The notes below the pieces were generated by a model. The model saw only the letters and a list, made by a program, of their open reading frames with translations. It was not told where the DNA came from and did not search any database. The translations under genes were made by a program, and so were the position numbers. A DNA stretch of 64,000 nucleotides. Origin: Vicugna vicugna (Eukaryota). Of this stretch, positions 1 through 13,762 are shown one piece after another; within the stretch, counting starts at the first letter, position 1, and each line of letters opens with the position of its first letter. The stretch covers positions 1,760,107-1,824,106 of the forward strand of contig MU060876.1 of NCBI GenBank assembly GCA_013265495.1, written 5' to 3'.

Positions 1-36
1 TCAGACATAAACTAAAATTGGAAGAATAACATAAAG

Positions 37-232
37 CAGTGGTTCTAAAAATTTAATGTGTATTAGACTTACACTTTACACAATACAGGGGTTGTTATAA
101 TAAATTGCTGGGCTCCACCCCACTCTCTCTGATTTAGAAGGTCTACGGTGGGGCCAAAGTATTTGCATTCTATCTAACAAGTTCCCAGGTGGTGCTCAAG
201 CTTCTGGGCCAGCGACCACACTTTGAGAACAA
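37..232. mobile_element. MER5A-like hAT-Charlie DNA transposon
   Basis: CAGTGGTTCT start; tttgcatt..taacaagttcccaggtg..gaccacactttgagaac end, typical of MER5A. Confidence 0.75.
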
Positions 233-1002
233 TTATCAACAAATGGCTAATTCTTATCTGTATCACCACCTACTTCTCCACGGCCCAGATCATTTTGAGC
301 AAACCTTGACATCATATCATTTCATCACTAAATATTTCAGTATGTATTACTAAAAAATACTTGAAACCTAATCTTAATACTATTACTAAACCTAAAAACA
401 ATTAACAATAATTCCCTATTATCAAAGTATCTAGTCACTGTTCAGATTTTTCCAATTGTCTTTTCTTCCTTCAGTTTGCTGGAATTAAGATGCAAATAAG
501 GTACAATCATTATAATTGGTTGATAGGTTTCTCAGATTTCTTTGGCTCTGTAAGTTCTGTTTTGCCATAAACTTTCAAAATATAAGCTTTCTAGTATACT
601 TAGTTAAACAACTTAATACAAATCATATTTGTATCTTCACAATACTGGTGAAGTTTTCTATTTTTTCCATAATTCCAAGCAATAAACTGCAGGTAACACA
701 GGTTTCTTAGAATACAGAATATGAAAAAGTAAACAAAAATTACTCTTGGCTTGCTTAAATAATATACAAAATTAAGTAAAAATAATTTACAAAAAATACA
801 ATATGCATAAACAAAAAAGAGAAGGGAAACAATAGAAAAAGTAGCTTTTAAAAAAAAGTGTATGGAACATAAATGCGATTTGTATTCACAATTTGTTAAC
901 CAACTAAAACCGATGTTATTTTGAGCTATGAAGCACCACCATGTCATTGAACAAGAACATACAATCATTTGCTGTTATGCTTTTGAGAGACTTAGCAATA
1001 TA

Positions 1003-1959
1003 CAGACATACTTTTATTGTGCTTCACTTTTTACACTTTGTAGATAATGCATTTTTTACAAATTGAAGGTCCGTGGCAACCCTGTGTCGAGCAAGCTTAT
1101 TAAGTAACATTTTCCAACAGCATTTGTTCATCTCGTATCTGTATCACATTTTGGTAATTCTAGCAATATTTCAAAAAATTTTTTTTATTATTTGTTACAG
1201 TGACCTATGATCGGTGATCTTTTGTGTTACCATTGTAACATAAGATGTGGTAGAAATAGCAAGAGAACTAGAACCGGAAGAGAATTAGAACTGGAGCTTG
1301 AAGATGTGACTGAATTGCTACAACCTCATGACAGAAGTTTAACAAGTAAGCAGTTGCTTCTTATGGATGAGCAAAGAAGCTGTTTCTTGAGAAGGAATAT
1401 ACTCCTGGGGAACATTCTGTGAAGATTATAGAAATGACAACAAAGGATTCAGAATATGACATGAACTTAGTTGATAAAGCAGTGCCAGGGTTTGAGAGGA
1501 CTGATTCCAATTTTGAAAGAAGTTCTACTGTGGGTAAAATGCTATCAAACAGCATTGCACGCTACAGAGAAATCATTCTTGAAAGGATGGGTCACTCGCT
1601 TCTTAATTTAAGAAACTGCCACAGCCACCCCAACCTTCAGCAACCACCACCTTGATCAGTCAGCAGCCATCAACATCGAGGCCACACCCTCTACCAGCAC
1701 AAAGATTATGACTGCTGAAGGCGCAGATGATGGTTAGCATTTTTTACCCACAAAATTTTTTTTAAAGTATGCACATTGTTTTTTTAAAAACATAATGCTA
1801 TTACATACTTAATAGATCACAGTATGCTGTAAACATAACTTTCATATGCACTGAGAAAACAACACATCCGTGCGACTCCCTTTTTTGTGATATTTGCTTT
1901 ATGACAATAGCCTAAAGCCAAACCCAAATATTGCCCGCAGTATCTCCGAGGTATGCTCA
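1003..1959 (+). mobile_element. Internally deleted Tigger1 (TcMar-Tigger) with transposase C-terminal remnant
   Basis: TA-flanked degenerate TIRs (cagacatac.../...gaggtatgctca). ORFs 1207..1422 and 1419..1655 resemble the Tigger1/TIGD1 transposase ([38 protein letters not shown]). Confidence 0.88.
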
Positions 1960-2384
1960 TATTTTTGTCTAAAGGCGGGCTTAAAAAATTAAGAGGCTGG
2001 CCATTTTAGTTCTGGCTCTGGGCAAATATCACTAGCATCACCCCAAATATCCAGGACCTTGATGGTGTTCTATGGCAAGCCCAAAATTCTCCCCATCAGA
2101 AGCCATATCCCTGGGAAATAGTATTCTATATATCTATTTTCACGCTCTCATCCAAAATCTGCTCTCAGCTAGCCAAATTACTGAGAAAAGGACCTAATAA
2201 GAACAAGTTTAATGTGTTACTACCAAGATACTACTACATTTTAAGAAATAACAAGTTCAGAAAGCAAAGTAACAAAGCTAATAGGAGAAATTTTGTTATC
2301 ATTAAGGAGGTGGTGAGAGCCTTCCCCAAACATTCCACCCACATAACTCAGTGCAAAATTGGTCCTATACTGCAGTTACAAAGA

Positions 2385-2964
2385 TAGTCCTTCATTACTG
2401 CTATAACAAATCAGCACAAATTTAGAGGCTTAAAATAACACAAATTTATTATCTTATAGTTCTAAAGGTTGTAAATCCAACATGGGTTTCACTAAGCTAA
2501 AATAAAGGTGTTTTTGGCAAGGCTGCATTCCTTTTTGGAGGCTCTGGGGAAGGATCCATTTCCTTGATCACTCAGGATGTTAGCAGAATTCACTTTCTGA
2601 CAGTCATAGGACTGAGGCTCCTATTTCCATGCTGGCCATTCGTAGCTTCTAGAGGCCACCTGCATTACTTGGCTGTGGTCCCCTTTCCCCATCTTTAAAG
2701 CCAGAAACAGCATGTTGAATTGCTCTTACTTTGAATGTCTTCTCCTCCTTCATCCTCCAATCCAGGTTGGTAAGATTCTCTGCTTTTAAGGACTTATGTG
2801 ATTAGTTTGGGCCAAACTGGATAATCCAAGATGGTCTTACCATTCTAAAGGTCCATTCCTTAATCACATCTGCAAAGTCTCTTTTGCCATTTAAGGTAAC
2901 ATATTCACAGGTTCTGGGGATTAGGACATGGGTATCTTTGGGGGCCCACTACTTGACCTACAAC
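2385..2964 (-). mobile_element. MLT1 (ERVL-MaLR) solo LTR
   Basis: Typical ends: ctgctataacaaat..cacaaatttattatcttatagttct and aggtaacatattcacaggttctggggattaggacatgg. Confidence 0.8.
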
Positions 2965-5900
2965 AAAATCATAGCAGTCAATTTGGGGATTTTAAAAGCT
3001 TATTCCCTTTTTTTCTAAAGATTCAGATATAAGCATAAACACACGAAACAATACTTTTACCACTTTTAAAAAGTAGGTTGGGGTTTGTGGTTTGGGCTTT
3101 CAAAAGGCTTATTCACAAAAAATTAAACAGTAATTTGACAATGTTGTCACCAAGTGGTCTTGGATCTTGGGATCATTCATTTTGTACTGAATTATCAAGG
3201 ATATAAAATTTTTGTTTTAAATTTTGAACAAGTTGCTTTTAGAAAGAAAAAAGAATCAAAAGGGGTTTATGACATCAAGCCAAATATGCATTTAATATTC
3301 TACCATGTGAACTGTACAAAAAGCATTGAGATTATATTAAAAGAAAGCTATCATCTTTTCATGAATATTTCCTAATTGTATGAAAAATTAGACTATGAGA
3401 CAGAGCCTTCCTCAGAGAAAATATGGACAATCTTAGAACACTGAGGGGAAAGTCCTTAAGGAGCAATTTTAAATTTGTCAAATCTATAGCCCCTAACAGA
3501 AGATACTGCAAATAATTAGATAGGGACTACTGGTATGAAAAAAAATCTGCAGAATTCTTAAAAAGAAGGAAGAGTGAGTTAGAGAAAGGCAATTTAATTA
3601 AAGACAGTGAAATAAAAGGAAATAACATCTTTTCTTAAATCAAAATAAAATCTTCTACATGATTGGGATCTCTGGCAATGACTAATCTGAATGTGTGAAT
3701 ACTGAAATTTGATTTATGAGGTATTTATAAGTAAAAATATAGAAGAGATTTTAGAAGAGGAAACCATCACTTCTCCTCCACATAGAGGGTGGAGGAACAA
3801 TGACACACTGTGTGCAAGGAGTCATAACTGGAATGGCCCATGTGTAACAGGAGCTTCTGCGTGATTTTCGCATCTGCATATCTAGAGAACATTTCTCAAA
3901 CAGAAGTAAAATTCTGTGCTTCTACACAGAGAATTAAATTTAGATTTTTAGGTATCAAAATCAGAAAAAAAGCAAATTCAAATTTGTGCTTCTTGATGAA
4001 AACACACACACACACGATTTGTTAGTCATTTACAAAAAGGCTTTTTAATGTTTTTAAATTATTCCACCAGGGAGGAAGTTTACTTTAATCAAGTTTAGCC
4101 TCATCAAAAATAAGTATAAAAATATCTGAAAATTTACCATGATTCTATTTGTTATTTATTCTCCCACAATATTGTAAGCTTTGTCATTAAATGTGTTATT
4201 TCATTATCTGTTTACATATCAGTACTCTGAAAAGAGGGTGAGCTACAGGTATGGTTGTTATTTGAACAGCCAGAGCGTCACACAGAACCTAACACATATG
4301 AATATCTGTTGAATGGATGAATGAATATACGAATGAATGAATCAGTCTGTGCCCTTAGGCAAGCCTTCCTTCCCAGAGCTCAACCATGACTTCAACCAAA
4401 TATGACTTAAAAAAAAAAATCCACGTGAACAAATTAAAAGCCAAAGGTTTACAAATTTTAAAACAGGTTTCTCAAAAACATCAACCAAACTGACTAACTG
4501 GATCAATACTAGTAAAACTAGTCAAAATGCTATAATGTATGTTATTGTTACATCAGTTGAGTTAGTTAATGTAAGTCATTCAAAACCAAGATAATATATT
4601 TTGTCTGTACAATGGTCCATTAAAATGCAACATTTATGGAAAACCTACTATATGTTAGGCGTTGGTTTTAAAAAAAAAACAAAGTAAATTCTGTAAGAGA
4701 CAGAACACTGATTTTGTACTGCTTGCCAAGTTTCTCAATGCTGGACAACAAGGTCTTATATTGTAAAGGAAGCTTAGTTCTCTTATTTTATGGTTTATAC
4801 TTTACAGCGTTATGGTTTCCAGCAAAGTTAGTTTTATAGCAAATCTGAAAACACAGTTCTAATTTTCATTATAAAGGCAGAAATGTATTCATCTAGGAAG
4901 AAAAACTCTCAGAGGATTAAACTGAAAACTTTTGGCAAATTATGCTAAGGCGTCTCTGAAACACAAATGGCAAACTACTGGGTTGGCTGCCTCCCTCCTC
5001 CATTTTCTAGGACCTGGCCCTCTCCAGCAATCCCTAAGACTACTACTGCATTAGGGTCCCGATGGCCATGTTCATACAACACGCCTCGACCTGCCTGGAC
5101 ATATCTCAGTAGACCAGGCGTGAGTACCCAGCCTAGGTTGGGCCAGCGACCCTTCCCTGGGGGTGTTTAAAACTAAGACTAAGATTCTTATCTCAGTCTG
5201 GCTACTTGAACAGAGGAGGTGTACCCCTGAGAGCTATTAACACTGATCACTTTCCAGCAGGTAAAGCAGGGCCAAGGGAGGGGGTGAGGGAGAGTCAGTT
5301 TGCTGGGAAAGGAAAAAAAAAAAAAGAGTGATATACAGAGAAAAGCAGAGGCAAAAGGCACAAAGGGACTACTTTCTATGTTTTCTTAGCACTCCAGTTT
5401 CTGGTTACTGAGGCCTAGCTATATCCTTGTCCTGGCTTCTGGAAGATAACCCTATAACCTTATAGCCAATCTCTCTTTTTTGCTTAATGGTTTCTGCTAC
5501 TTGCATCCAATTATAATAAAATTTAGAATAAGTTTGAAGTTATAGGATCAGCCACACTTCTCTAGCACTGCTTGAGTTTTTCCCACTTTTGGCATATCAT
5601 GTACAGTGCTACTTCTTCCTATAGAAACCTTGTATTAAAAAAACAAATGCAATTAAAAAATGCAGGTATGTATTAAAAAAACAAATACCACACTAATACT
5701 ATTCAGGAGAGGAAGCAAGCAGTATGCCTAGTGCCCAAGGAGAAGGCATCATGGAGCTGTAGAGCTGCAAGGAGAGACATGGCACCTAGCCCAGCCCTTC
5801 TATCAGCAGATGAAGAACCTGAAGGCCCAGGAGAGGCCTTTAACTTTGTAAATTCACCACTGAGTCTTGACTCCAAGGCTTTGAGAACATACCAATACTA

Positions 5901-6640
5901 CTCCTACATTCAAATAAAATAAAATAAGCAATCATACTAGGTAGCACAGCACAGAGAACAACTGAGAATGAGTCTTTACATGTGCTGACCTGTTAAAGGA
6001 TATTACATCCCTTTGGGGAGAATACCATTTTTCCCCCTGTATTCTGTCAAATTGCTTAGGCATAGAGGTTATTTCCCAATAGGGAAATAAGAGCTATTCA
6101 AACTAAAAAACATGACTTGACTGTATCAACTTTTAAAAATACCTCCCAAATGTCAACTTCACCCTTCTTTTTACTATTTCTATATAAATACAGTAGAGTA
6201 AAAGGATTCTCAAAAGCATATGTCTTTAGCCAAGCTGGATTAATTCAATTCATAAAACTGTGTGTTCACACATTAAGTTTAAGTAGAGAATAAAACAGAT
6301 ACAACCTTTCTTATTATTCTTTAAGGCACACTAACGATTTTTAAGATCAATATTCTCTCTGATATACCAGGAATTAGCAAATTGCAGGCTGTCTTAAATT
6401 ACATGAGTTGACAATGAAAAGTTACATATAGCAATAACCAGTTACTGCAGACAATGAATCACTGTAATTATTTCAACTGAATGGAAGAGCAAATGAATGG
6501 AGGGTAGTCTTTTTATCATAATAACTAACTAAATATTCAAGAACAGAGAAAATAAAAAAAGTTCTCTCTTATATAAGCAATAGCACCACCTGCTGATAAA
6601 TAAAAGCAACAACATCAGTTAATATAAAATCTGGCCAAAG

Positions 6641-6939
6641 GAAGCTACCAGGATATATTATAAAACATAGGGTACAAGATCTTATGGTAGCTCACAGAGA
6701 AAAAAATGTGACAATGAATATATATATGTTCATGTATAACTGAAAAAGTGTGCTGTACACTGGAATTTGACACAACATTGTAAAATGATTATAAATCAAT
6801 AAAAAATGTTAAAAAAAACAGGGAATATAGTCAATGTTTTATAATAACTATAAATGGAGTATAACCTTTAAAAATTGTGAGTCACTATACTGTACACCTA
6901 TGACATATAATATTGTACATCAGGTATACTATAATAAAA
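6641..6939 (+). mobile_element. Truncated L1 3' end with a second, younger L1 3' end nested in it
   Basis: Perfect 15-bp TSD AAAATCTGGCCAAAG (6626-6640, 6940-6954); two A-tailed L1 3'UTR-like segments. Confidence 0.75.
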
Positions 6940-7229
6940 AAAATCTGGCCAAAGATGCCTTATATAGTCAGAAATTTTCCCTTGAATTCTGTTCCATTTA
7001 ATGTAATATAATGAAATTCATTAATATATTCTGTATATTTATTTACAATAACTATGTTAATTTAAAATTTTTTACCTTATATATCTGAATCATACATTTC
7101 TTAAAAATCAAAGGTAAAAATAAAATTTATTATAGGACCTAGGGAAAAATTATGGTACTATAGTATTTCTTTATTCCATAAGTAATTTACTTGAACTATA
7201 ATTTACCGTTTTAACAACTCATTAATGTA

Positions 7230-7525
7230 TATTTAGGTTGTGTCTGATATTCCCTGACCAGTTTACCTAAAATAACGTCATCTCCCTTACCTAGCTTTTT
7301 TTAATAGCAATTATTACTACTTAATATATCATATATTCATTTTGTTTATTTGTTTGTTTGTTTGTTTATAGTCTTTCATCTGCTGCAATGAAAACTGTTA
7401 AGAGCAGGGAACTTATTTTGTTTACCGCTGTTTCTTTAACACCTAGGGCAAATGCCTAGCACATAACAGACTCAATAAATATTTGCAAAGGAATTAATGA
7501 ATATAAAAATTAATGAACAAATGAA
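7230..7525 (+). mobile_element. L2 3' fragment
   Basis: gagcagggaact..tgcctagcacataacagactcaataaatatttg..aatgaa tail. Confidence 0.65.
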
Positions 7526-8579
7526 TATGCATTTTTAAACTTCCTTGAAACTATAATAGCTGTGTCAAAGATTTCAAGGATCTTGACAGATTTTGCCAAA
7601 GTATACTTGAGAAGAGCTGTACCAACTAATATTCCCTTTAATGCTTTATGAGGCCATTTCCCATTTTCTGATGAGTGGGAAATGGCATTACACTGTTATG
7701 TTTCTTTGCGTGAAACCCATTATTGAAGATACTGAATATATGCTCTCCTACAACTGGGTCTTTTTACTAAATAACTTTACTAAATAACAGCTTTCCAGGT
7801 TATTAAACATAATCCCTCTTTCCCGTTTTTCATGAGTTGAGGGCACTCCATTTTAGGTATATAGAATAATAACCCAATCAGCCTTCTACTTGTATACACA
7901 ATTTATTTCTGATTTTCACTATTATAATACTGTGATGAAACTGTTATACATATATCTTTGTGTACTTGTCCAATGATCTCTTTAGAGTAAATTCCTAGAC
8001 ATGAGATTACTAGGACAAGGCAGATGTATATCTGACATCTGGATATGCATTATCAAGCCATGCTTTAAAAAGGTTGAATCAACTCACATTCCCACCAACA
8101 GTGTGTAAATGGAGGAGCTCATTTCCTCCTCAAGTGAATCTAAGGTTTTTAAGTCATTATCAATCTTTTCAAACAATAAAGTAAAATACATCATTATTTC
8201 TTTATTTTATATTTATTCCTTAGTTAAATTGAATATCCTTTCATATTTCTAATTGACCGCTTGAATTTGTTCTGTTAACTGACTATTCATGTCATTTTGC
8301 TATTTTCCTAGACAATTTCTTAATTGGTAAATCTCAAGCAGGTAGCTCTCTCACTTTACTGAAACTTGAGAATCACTGCAGTCGTCAGTATAGCTCTCAA
8401 ATGTGCAGACCTGATTTTTAAAAACTCATAATCAATTATTTAAAATAAATTTTGATATATAAAGAAGGATCATGGCAGAACAGCTGCTATCAGATCAGCC
8501 TTCTCACAAATAACATCTATTCACTTCAGACAAACTACAACACTACCTGAAGACTGAAGAGCAATCAAAGGCAGGCAGA

Positions 8580-9183
8580 TAGCCATTTTGGAAAAATGGC
8601 AATTCCTCAAAAAGTTAGATTACTATTTAACCCAGTAATTGCACTCCTAAGAATACACCCAAGAGAAATGAAAGCATATGTCCACACAAAGACTTATACA
8701 CATTCATAACAGCTTTACTCAAAATAACCAAAATTTGAAACAACTCTAATGACTACCAACTGATGAATGGATAAACAAAATGTGTTATACTCATAAAATA
8801 GAATATTGTTTGTCCATAAAAAGGAATGAAGTACTGATATATGATACAACTTGGATGAATCTTGAAAACATTATGCTAAGTGAAAGAAGCTAGTCACAAA
8901 AGGCCACATAATATATTATGCCATTTATATGAAATGGCCAGAATTGACAAATCCATTGAAAAAGAAAGTAAATTAGTGGTTGCCAGAGGCTGGGAGTACA
9001 GTAGGGAGAAATAGAGACTGACAGTAAAAGAATATGTAATACCTTTTAGAAAGAAAGAAAATGTTCAGAGTGTGGTGGTGACTGCATAACCCTATGAATT
9101 ATTGAAAAAATAGTAAACTGTACACTTTAAATGGATAAAATGTATAGCATGTGAATTATATCTCAATAAAGCTGCTTTAAAAA
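8580..9183 (+). mobile_element. L1MB-type 3' end inserted into an older L1
   Basis: cccaagagaaatgaaagcatatgtccacacaaagact...tgtgaattatatctcaataaagctg; flanked by repeated gcaggcaga. Confidence 0.8.
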
Positions 9184-9184
9184 A

Positions 9185-10850
9185 GCAGGCAGAAACTTGA
9201 GGGGAGTCAATGGTTGAAAGGGAACAGTATTTAGTGAATTTCTTTTTTTTTTTTAACTACCTTTTACCTGAGAGCAGGCCCTCCTTGGTATCAAGCATGA
9301 TGGCTAAATGTCAGATAGAAGCTACTGTCACGGGTAGAGGAATCAGAGGACAAAGTTCAAGTTGACCAGAAGAGCTAGAAATTGAGAGGAAAATTCTAGA
9401 AAGAAAAAAAATCATAGAGAATTCATCTTCCCACCACAGAAGAGACAGAACCTGAAGTTTAAGTTCAGCCAAGTTACTTCCCTGTTAACACATACAGAAA
9501 AATCAGCACTCTTTAGAGAAACATAACAGAATCCAGAGTCTCTACTAAGTACTGTTCACAATGTTCAAAATACAATTCAAAATCACTAGTTATACAAAGA
9601 CACAACAAAAATGCCACAAGAGAAAAGGCAATGATGACAAGATGCTAGAATTAGTAATGATTTTTAAGCAGCTATTATAACCAAGGCCTTAGTGAAAAAT
9701 GTGTTTTGAACATATAACAAAGAAAATCCCAGGAGAAAAATAAGAACTACAAAACAACCAAATAGAAATTCTAGAATTGAAAAATATAATATCTGAAATT
9801 AAAATTCACTGAATAGACTTATGGGAAGATTGGAAATGATTAATGAAAGAATTAGTAAACTTGAAGATAGATCAACAAAAATTATCCATTTAGAAATCTG
9901 AGGGAGACAAAAGATTGAAGAAATATGAACAGAGCCTTGTTGACCTGTGGGACAGTATCAAAGGTCTAAAAAATGCAATTGGACTTCCAGCAGGGAATAG
10001 AGAATGGAGAAGAAAAAGATTATTTGAAAAAATAATGGCCAAAATTTCCATAAGTTTGCTGAAGTCATAAATTTGCATACTTAAGAAGCATAGAGAACTT
10101 CAAACAAGACAAATACAAAGAAAGTCAGACACTGTCAAACTGTTGGAAGCCAAAGACAAAGAGAAAATCTGTAAAGCTGTCACTGGTAAAGGCCACTCTA
10201 CATTCAAGAGAGCAATGATACCAATAGTCCCTTATTTCTCATCAAAAACAATAAAGACCAAAAGAGAGTGGAACAAAAGGGCTGAAAGAGGTGGAGAGGG
10301 TATAGCTCAGTGGGAGAGTGCATATTTAGCATGCATGAGGCCCTGGGTTCAATCCCCAGTATCTCCATCAAAATAAATAAATAAATAAATAAACAAACAA
10401 ACAAACCTAATTACCTCTCCCCCAAAATAAAAACAAAGTGTTGAAAAAAAGAAAGGAAAAAAGGTCTGTCAACCCAGAATGGTAAATACACTGAAGAGAA
10501 AAATAAAAACATTTTCAGATAAGCAAAAAGAAAGAAAATTCATTACTAGCAATTGTATACTATGAAATATGCTTAAAGTAAGATTTTAGGCTGAAGGAAA
10601 ATTGTATCGAATGGAAATTAGGATCTTCTTGGAGAAATGAAGAGCACTAGAAATGCTAAACATGTAGATAAATATAAAGACTATCTTCTTTCTCTTAATT
10701 TCTTTAAAATGAATATGACTTTTTAAAGCAAAAATTGTAACATACAGTGATAGATGTAATACAACTATAGAGGTGGGGAAATGGAATTACATGGATGCAA
10801 GGTTCTTATATTTTACATGAAATGGTATTATATTAACTCCAAGTAGTATG
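9185..10850 (+). mobile_element. Old L1 (L1M-type) 5'/ORF1 region, decayed and interrupted by a SINE
   Basis: A-rich ORF1-like text (gaaagaattagtaaacttgaagatagatcaa; atttgaaaaaataatggccaaaatttcc). ORF 10143..10376 starts with an ORF1-like EAKDKEKI. Confidence 0.7.
10291..10432 (+). mobile_element. tRNA-Ala(AGC)-derived SINE (vic-1-like, camelid)
   Basis: gggtatagctcagtgggagagtg..ttagcatgcatgaggccctgggttcaatccccagtatctcca with A/B boxes and a (TAAA)n/(CAAA)n tail. Confidence 0.8.
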
Positions 10851-13624
10851 TGAGATAAAATAAGCACCAAGTAATGCTCATTCTCTGGTCAAGGGGCCAG
10901 AGAAGGGTTGCAGTGCAGGACAGAATCCTTTTGCCATAAGGACCTTACTCCAGGAATACACCATGAAAGAAACTATCGCACTCTCCCTACCGGGCACTGT
11001 GTGCCATGGAGATAGTAGGATGGAGCCCTGTGGAACATTTCAACTCTGCACTCAAGTGAGCAGAGGCAGCATCTTCTCTCCACCCCCAAATCCCTAGCAG
11101 TGCTGTAGACACTGGGAGACAGAGCCTGTCAGACCACTCCAGCCCTGTAATACCAAAGCAGCGGCCCTCCCTAATGACCGCTGTGGAGACTATGGAGTGG
11201 GGCCTCATCTACCATCCCCAGTTTGCACTAATGACAGCAAAAAGGCAGCACCCAACCCCCCTCAACAAGAGCTGGGGTAGGGTTACAGGCAGGAGGGAGC
11301 CAATCTAGTTATAAACATGCACAGTAAGAAACACATTCAAATCAAAACCTATTTAACAGCCTCCATTTGATCTTTTTCCTCCCTACTAGAAATATTTCTT
11401 GAAAAACATTAAAAGAAAATGTTTACAAAAGTCACATTTTTCTAGGCTTATTATTTCACAGACAATCTGAAAGCTTCTAGCAACATCATTCTTTAAAGCT
11501 TATATTATAAAATTACCATCCAATTTCTGTCTGGTTGCAGGTGGAGGAGGACCAGGGGCTCAACCTCCTTATCTCTTTTCTACCCCATAGTAACCCCTAA
11601 CAGGGCTCCCCATAAAATAACTAGATTTTAAAATAGGAAAATCAAGACTCTATCAGGTGGCAAACACAGATGTGGTCTGAGAATATCTTTTCTGTATTAT
11701 TTCCTGGTACCATCCCATGCAAAACCTTTTTGACACTGCACAAAAAGCACCATACTTTCTTTGATACACATGAGGTTCCTTTTGCCTACATCTCTCTTCC
11801 CCCAACTTGTCTCCTTGGAGAACTACAAATTTCAAGCCTCAGCTCTCCAGTCAACGTCCTACAGGCAGAGTTAGGCTCTACCACACCTTTACTGGGCTTG
11901 CACAAAACAACCTCTTGTATAGCATTTCCATAGTTTTATAGTCTGATTCTCTGCTAGACTGCTAACAACTTGAGTGAAAATCTTAATAGCTTTCCATCCC
12001 CAGTTTCTAAAATACTCTCTGATGAATAATATATATTTGATGCCTACTGAATAAAAGAAAATATATTTAAAATGTTAATCTCAGGTCCTAAAAAATTACT
12101 ACAATGTAGTCAGTATGTTCAGTTGAACAAGGTAAAAGCAAAATCCTTTTAGAAAGTTTACTTTTCCAGAACAGTTAACCTTCTAAAAATAGGTTTGGTG
12201 TTTAATTAAGTAAATCTTTAATTCAGTTATTCAGATCAATTCAATGCTGCATGTTTTTAAAATTTTTAAATATTTTCATCAAAATGACAAATTAAAATTA
12301 TTATGCTTAAATTGACTTATTAGTGAATTATTGAGTATCTACCATGTTGTACCAGGTAATAGAGGATCATTAAGCTATGGGATCTTATAAACTATCTATG
12401 GAGTCAAAAATAATATACATAAAACGAAAATGGACAATAAAAGAGCATAATACACTGTAAAAATGAGAGTATATATTCTATAGGCTTAGAATCATTGATA
12501 GAAAATCAGATGAAAATGAGGTGATCTAACTTAACGTCTGATGTTATAACTAAGAAAAGAGATCTAGGTGGGAGGAAGCTAGAAAAATAGACAAATAAAC
12601 TTCGGATTATCTATGGAAGGTATCATGAAAGGAAGTCAAATATGAGACAGGCCTTAAGGAATAGGAAGAATTCATTAAGCATAAGAGGTGAAAGCATCCC
12701 ATGAAAAGAGAAGATGAGTGAGGACATTAGTGAGGGGCACAGAAGACTCCTGAGTCTGATTTGAGCACACACACTAATTAGGGAGTTGTGGGGAGAAAAG
12801 ACAACAGATTTTATGGTACCAGGTTTCAGAGAGCTTCAAAATCAGGCAGAGGACTTTATCTTTCATAAGTAGAAAACAAGTAACAAGAAAACTTAATAGG
12901 TCATTTATAAATCTCTAAAAATTCTAAATTAACCGTCTCCTTTTGCACTTTAGGAAAATAAGCCAAAAAACAATTATGTGATTTCCTCACAGTAAAGAAC
13001 AGTATGGCATAGTCCCACTCATATAATGCTGTTGCCTCTGGAGCACTTTGAAGAAAAAATTCACTCTTCAAGTACAATGGGTAAATGCTGTTGAGCTTGG
13101 CTGTTTGCCTAAACTCTAAACATAATTTGTATAGAGGGCATATTCTCTTGTGAGGGCAAAGTGTTGCACACATTCAAATATGAATTCTTGACAAAAACCA
13201 AAGTCCTTTGATTTTAAAATGACCATTTAAAAAATTTACTATCAATTTCTTACCAAAAATATGCAACCAAAATTTTTGTATGAAACATACTCACAGTTTA
13301 AAAAAAAGTTCAAAACTGAACTCTCTATATTGATTGGGCATAAATTTTAATACTTACTTCACCATCTTTCACAATCATGCTTAAAATAAGTATTTCCAGA
13401 GAGACAAATAGTAGAGAACATACCCATTTTTCAAACTGAACTTAAAAGAGTTTGCACGGTCCCATAAATCTGGAATTGATTGAACCAGTATATTAAGAAG
13501 ACAAATCAGAAAGATGCGGTCAAATGCATCACTGAAAATGTTTTTTAAAGATTGAGAGCCAGGTGTGTTGTGCATTACCACATTTATGACAGCACATGTG
13601 TGACTGCTCACCACCATAACTTAC

Positions 13625-13762
13625 CCCAGTTTTATCACACAAGCGTAAAGTATGAAACGATCCAACAGCAAATAATTCTCCATCTGGAGCCCAGGCAACT
13701 GAGGTAATCGGATGCTCATGAGGTTGCGAACTGTACAGAGGGCGGCCGTAACTATCCCATAC
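13625..13762 (-). CDS. IFT80: IFT80 exon 8 ([46 protein letters not shown]); gene continues left of the window
   Basis: Manual translation; ttttgtag| acceptor and GGG|gtaagt donor; 138 nt. Cumulative CDS is 777 nt = 259 codons. I did not find the next exon (WSYALEKP...) in 1-13624. Confidence 0.95.

Noticed and set aside
1207..1655. ORFs resembling the TIGD1 protein
   Set aside because: Frameshifted C-terminal remnant inside an internally deleted Tigger1 copy, not a domesticated gene.
4488..4568. Imperfect inverted repeat (aactgactaactg ... cagttgagttagtt)
   Set aside because: Too short and degenerate in AT-rich DNA to support a MITE or hairpin RNA.
10297..10368. Possible tRNA-Ala gene (also 29525-29593 and 49792-49861)
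   Set aside because: Mismatched stems, A-rich tails and TSD-like flanks indicate SINE copies.
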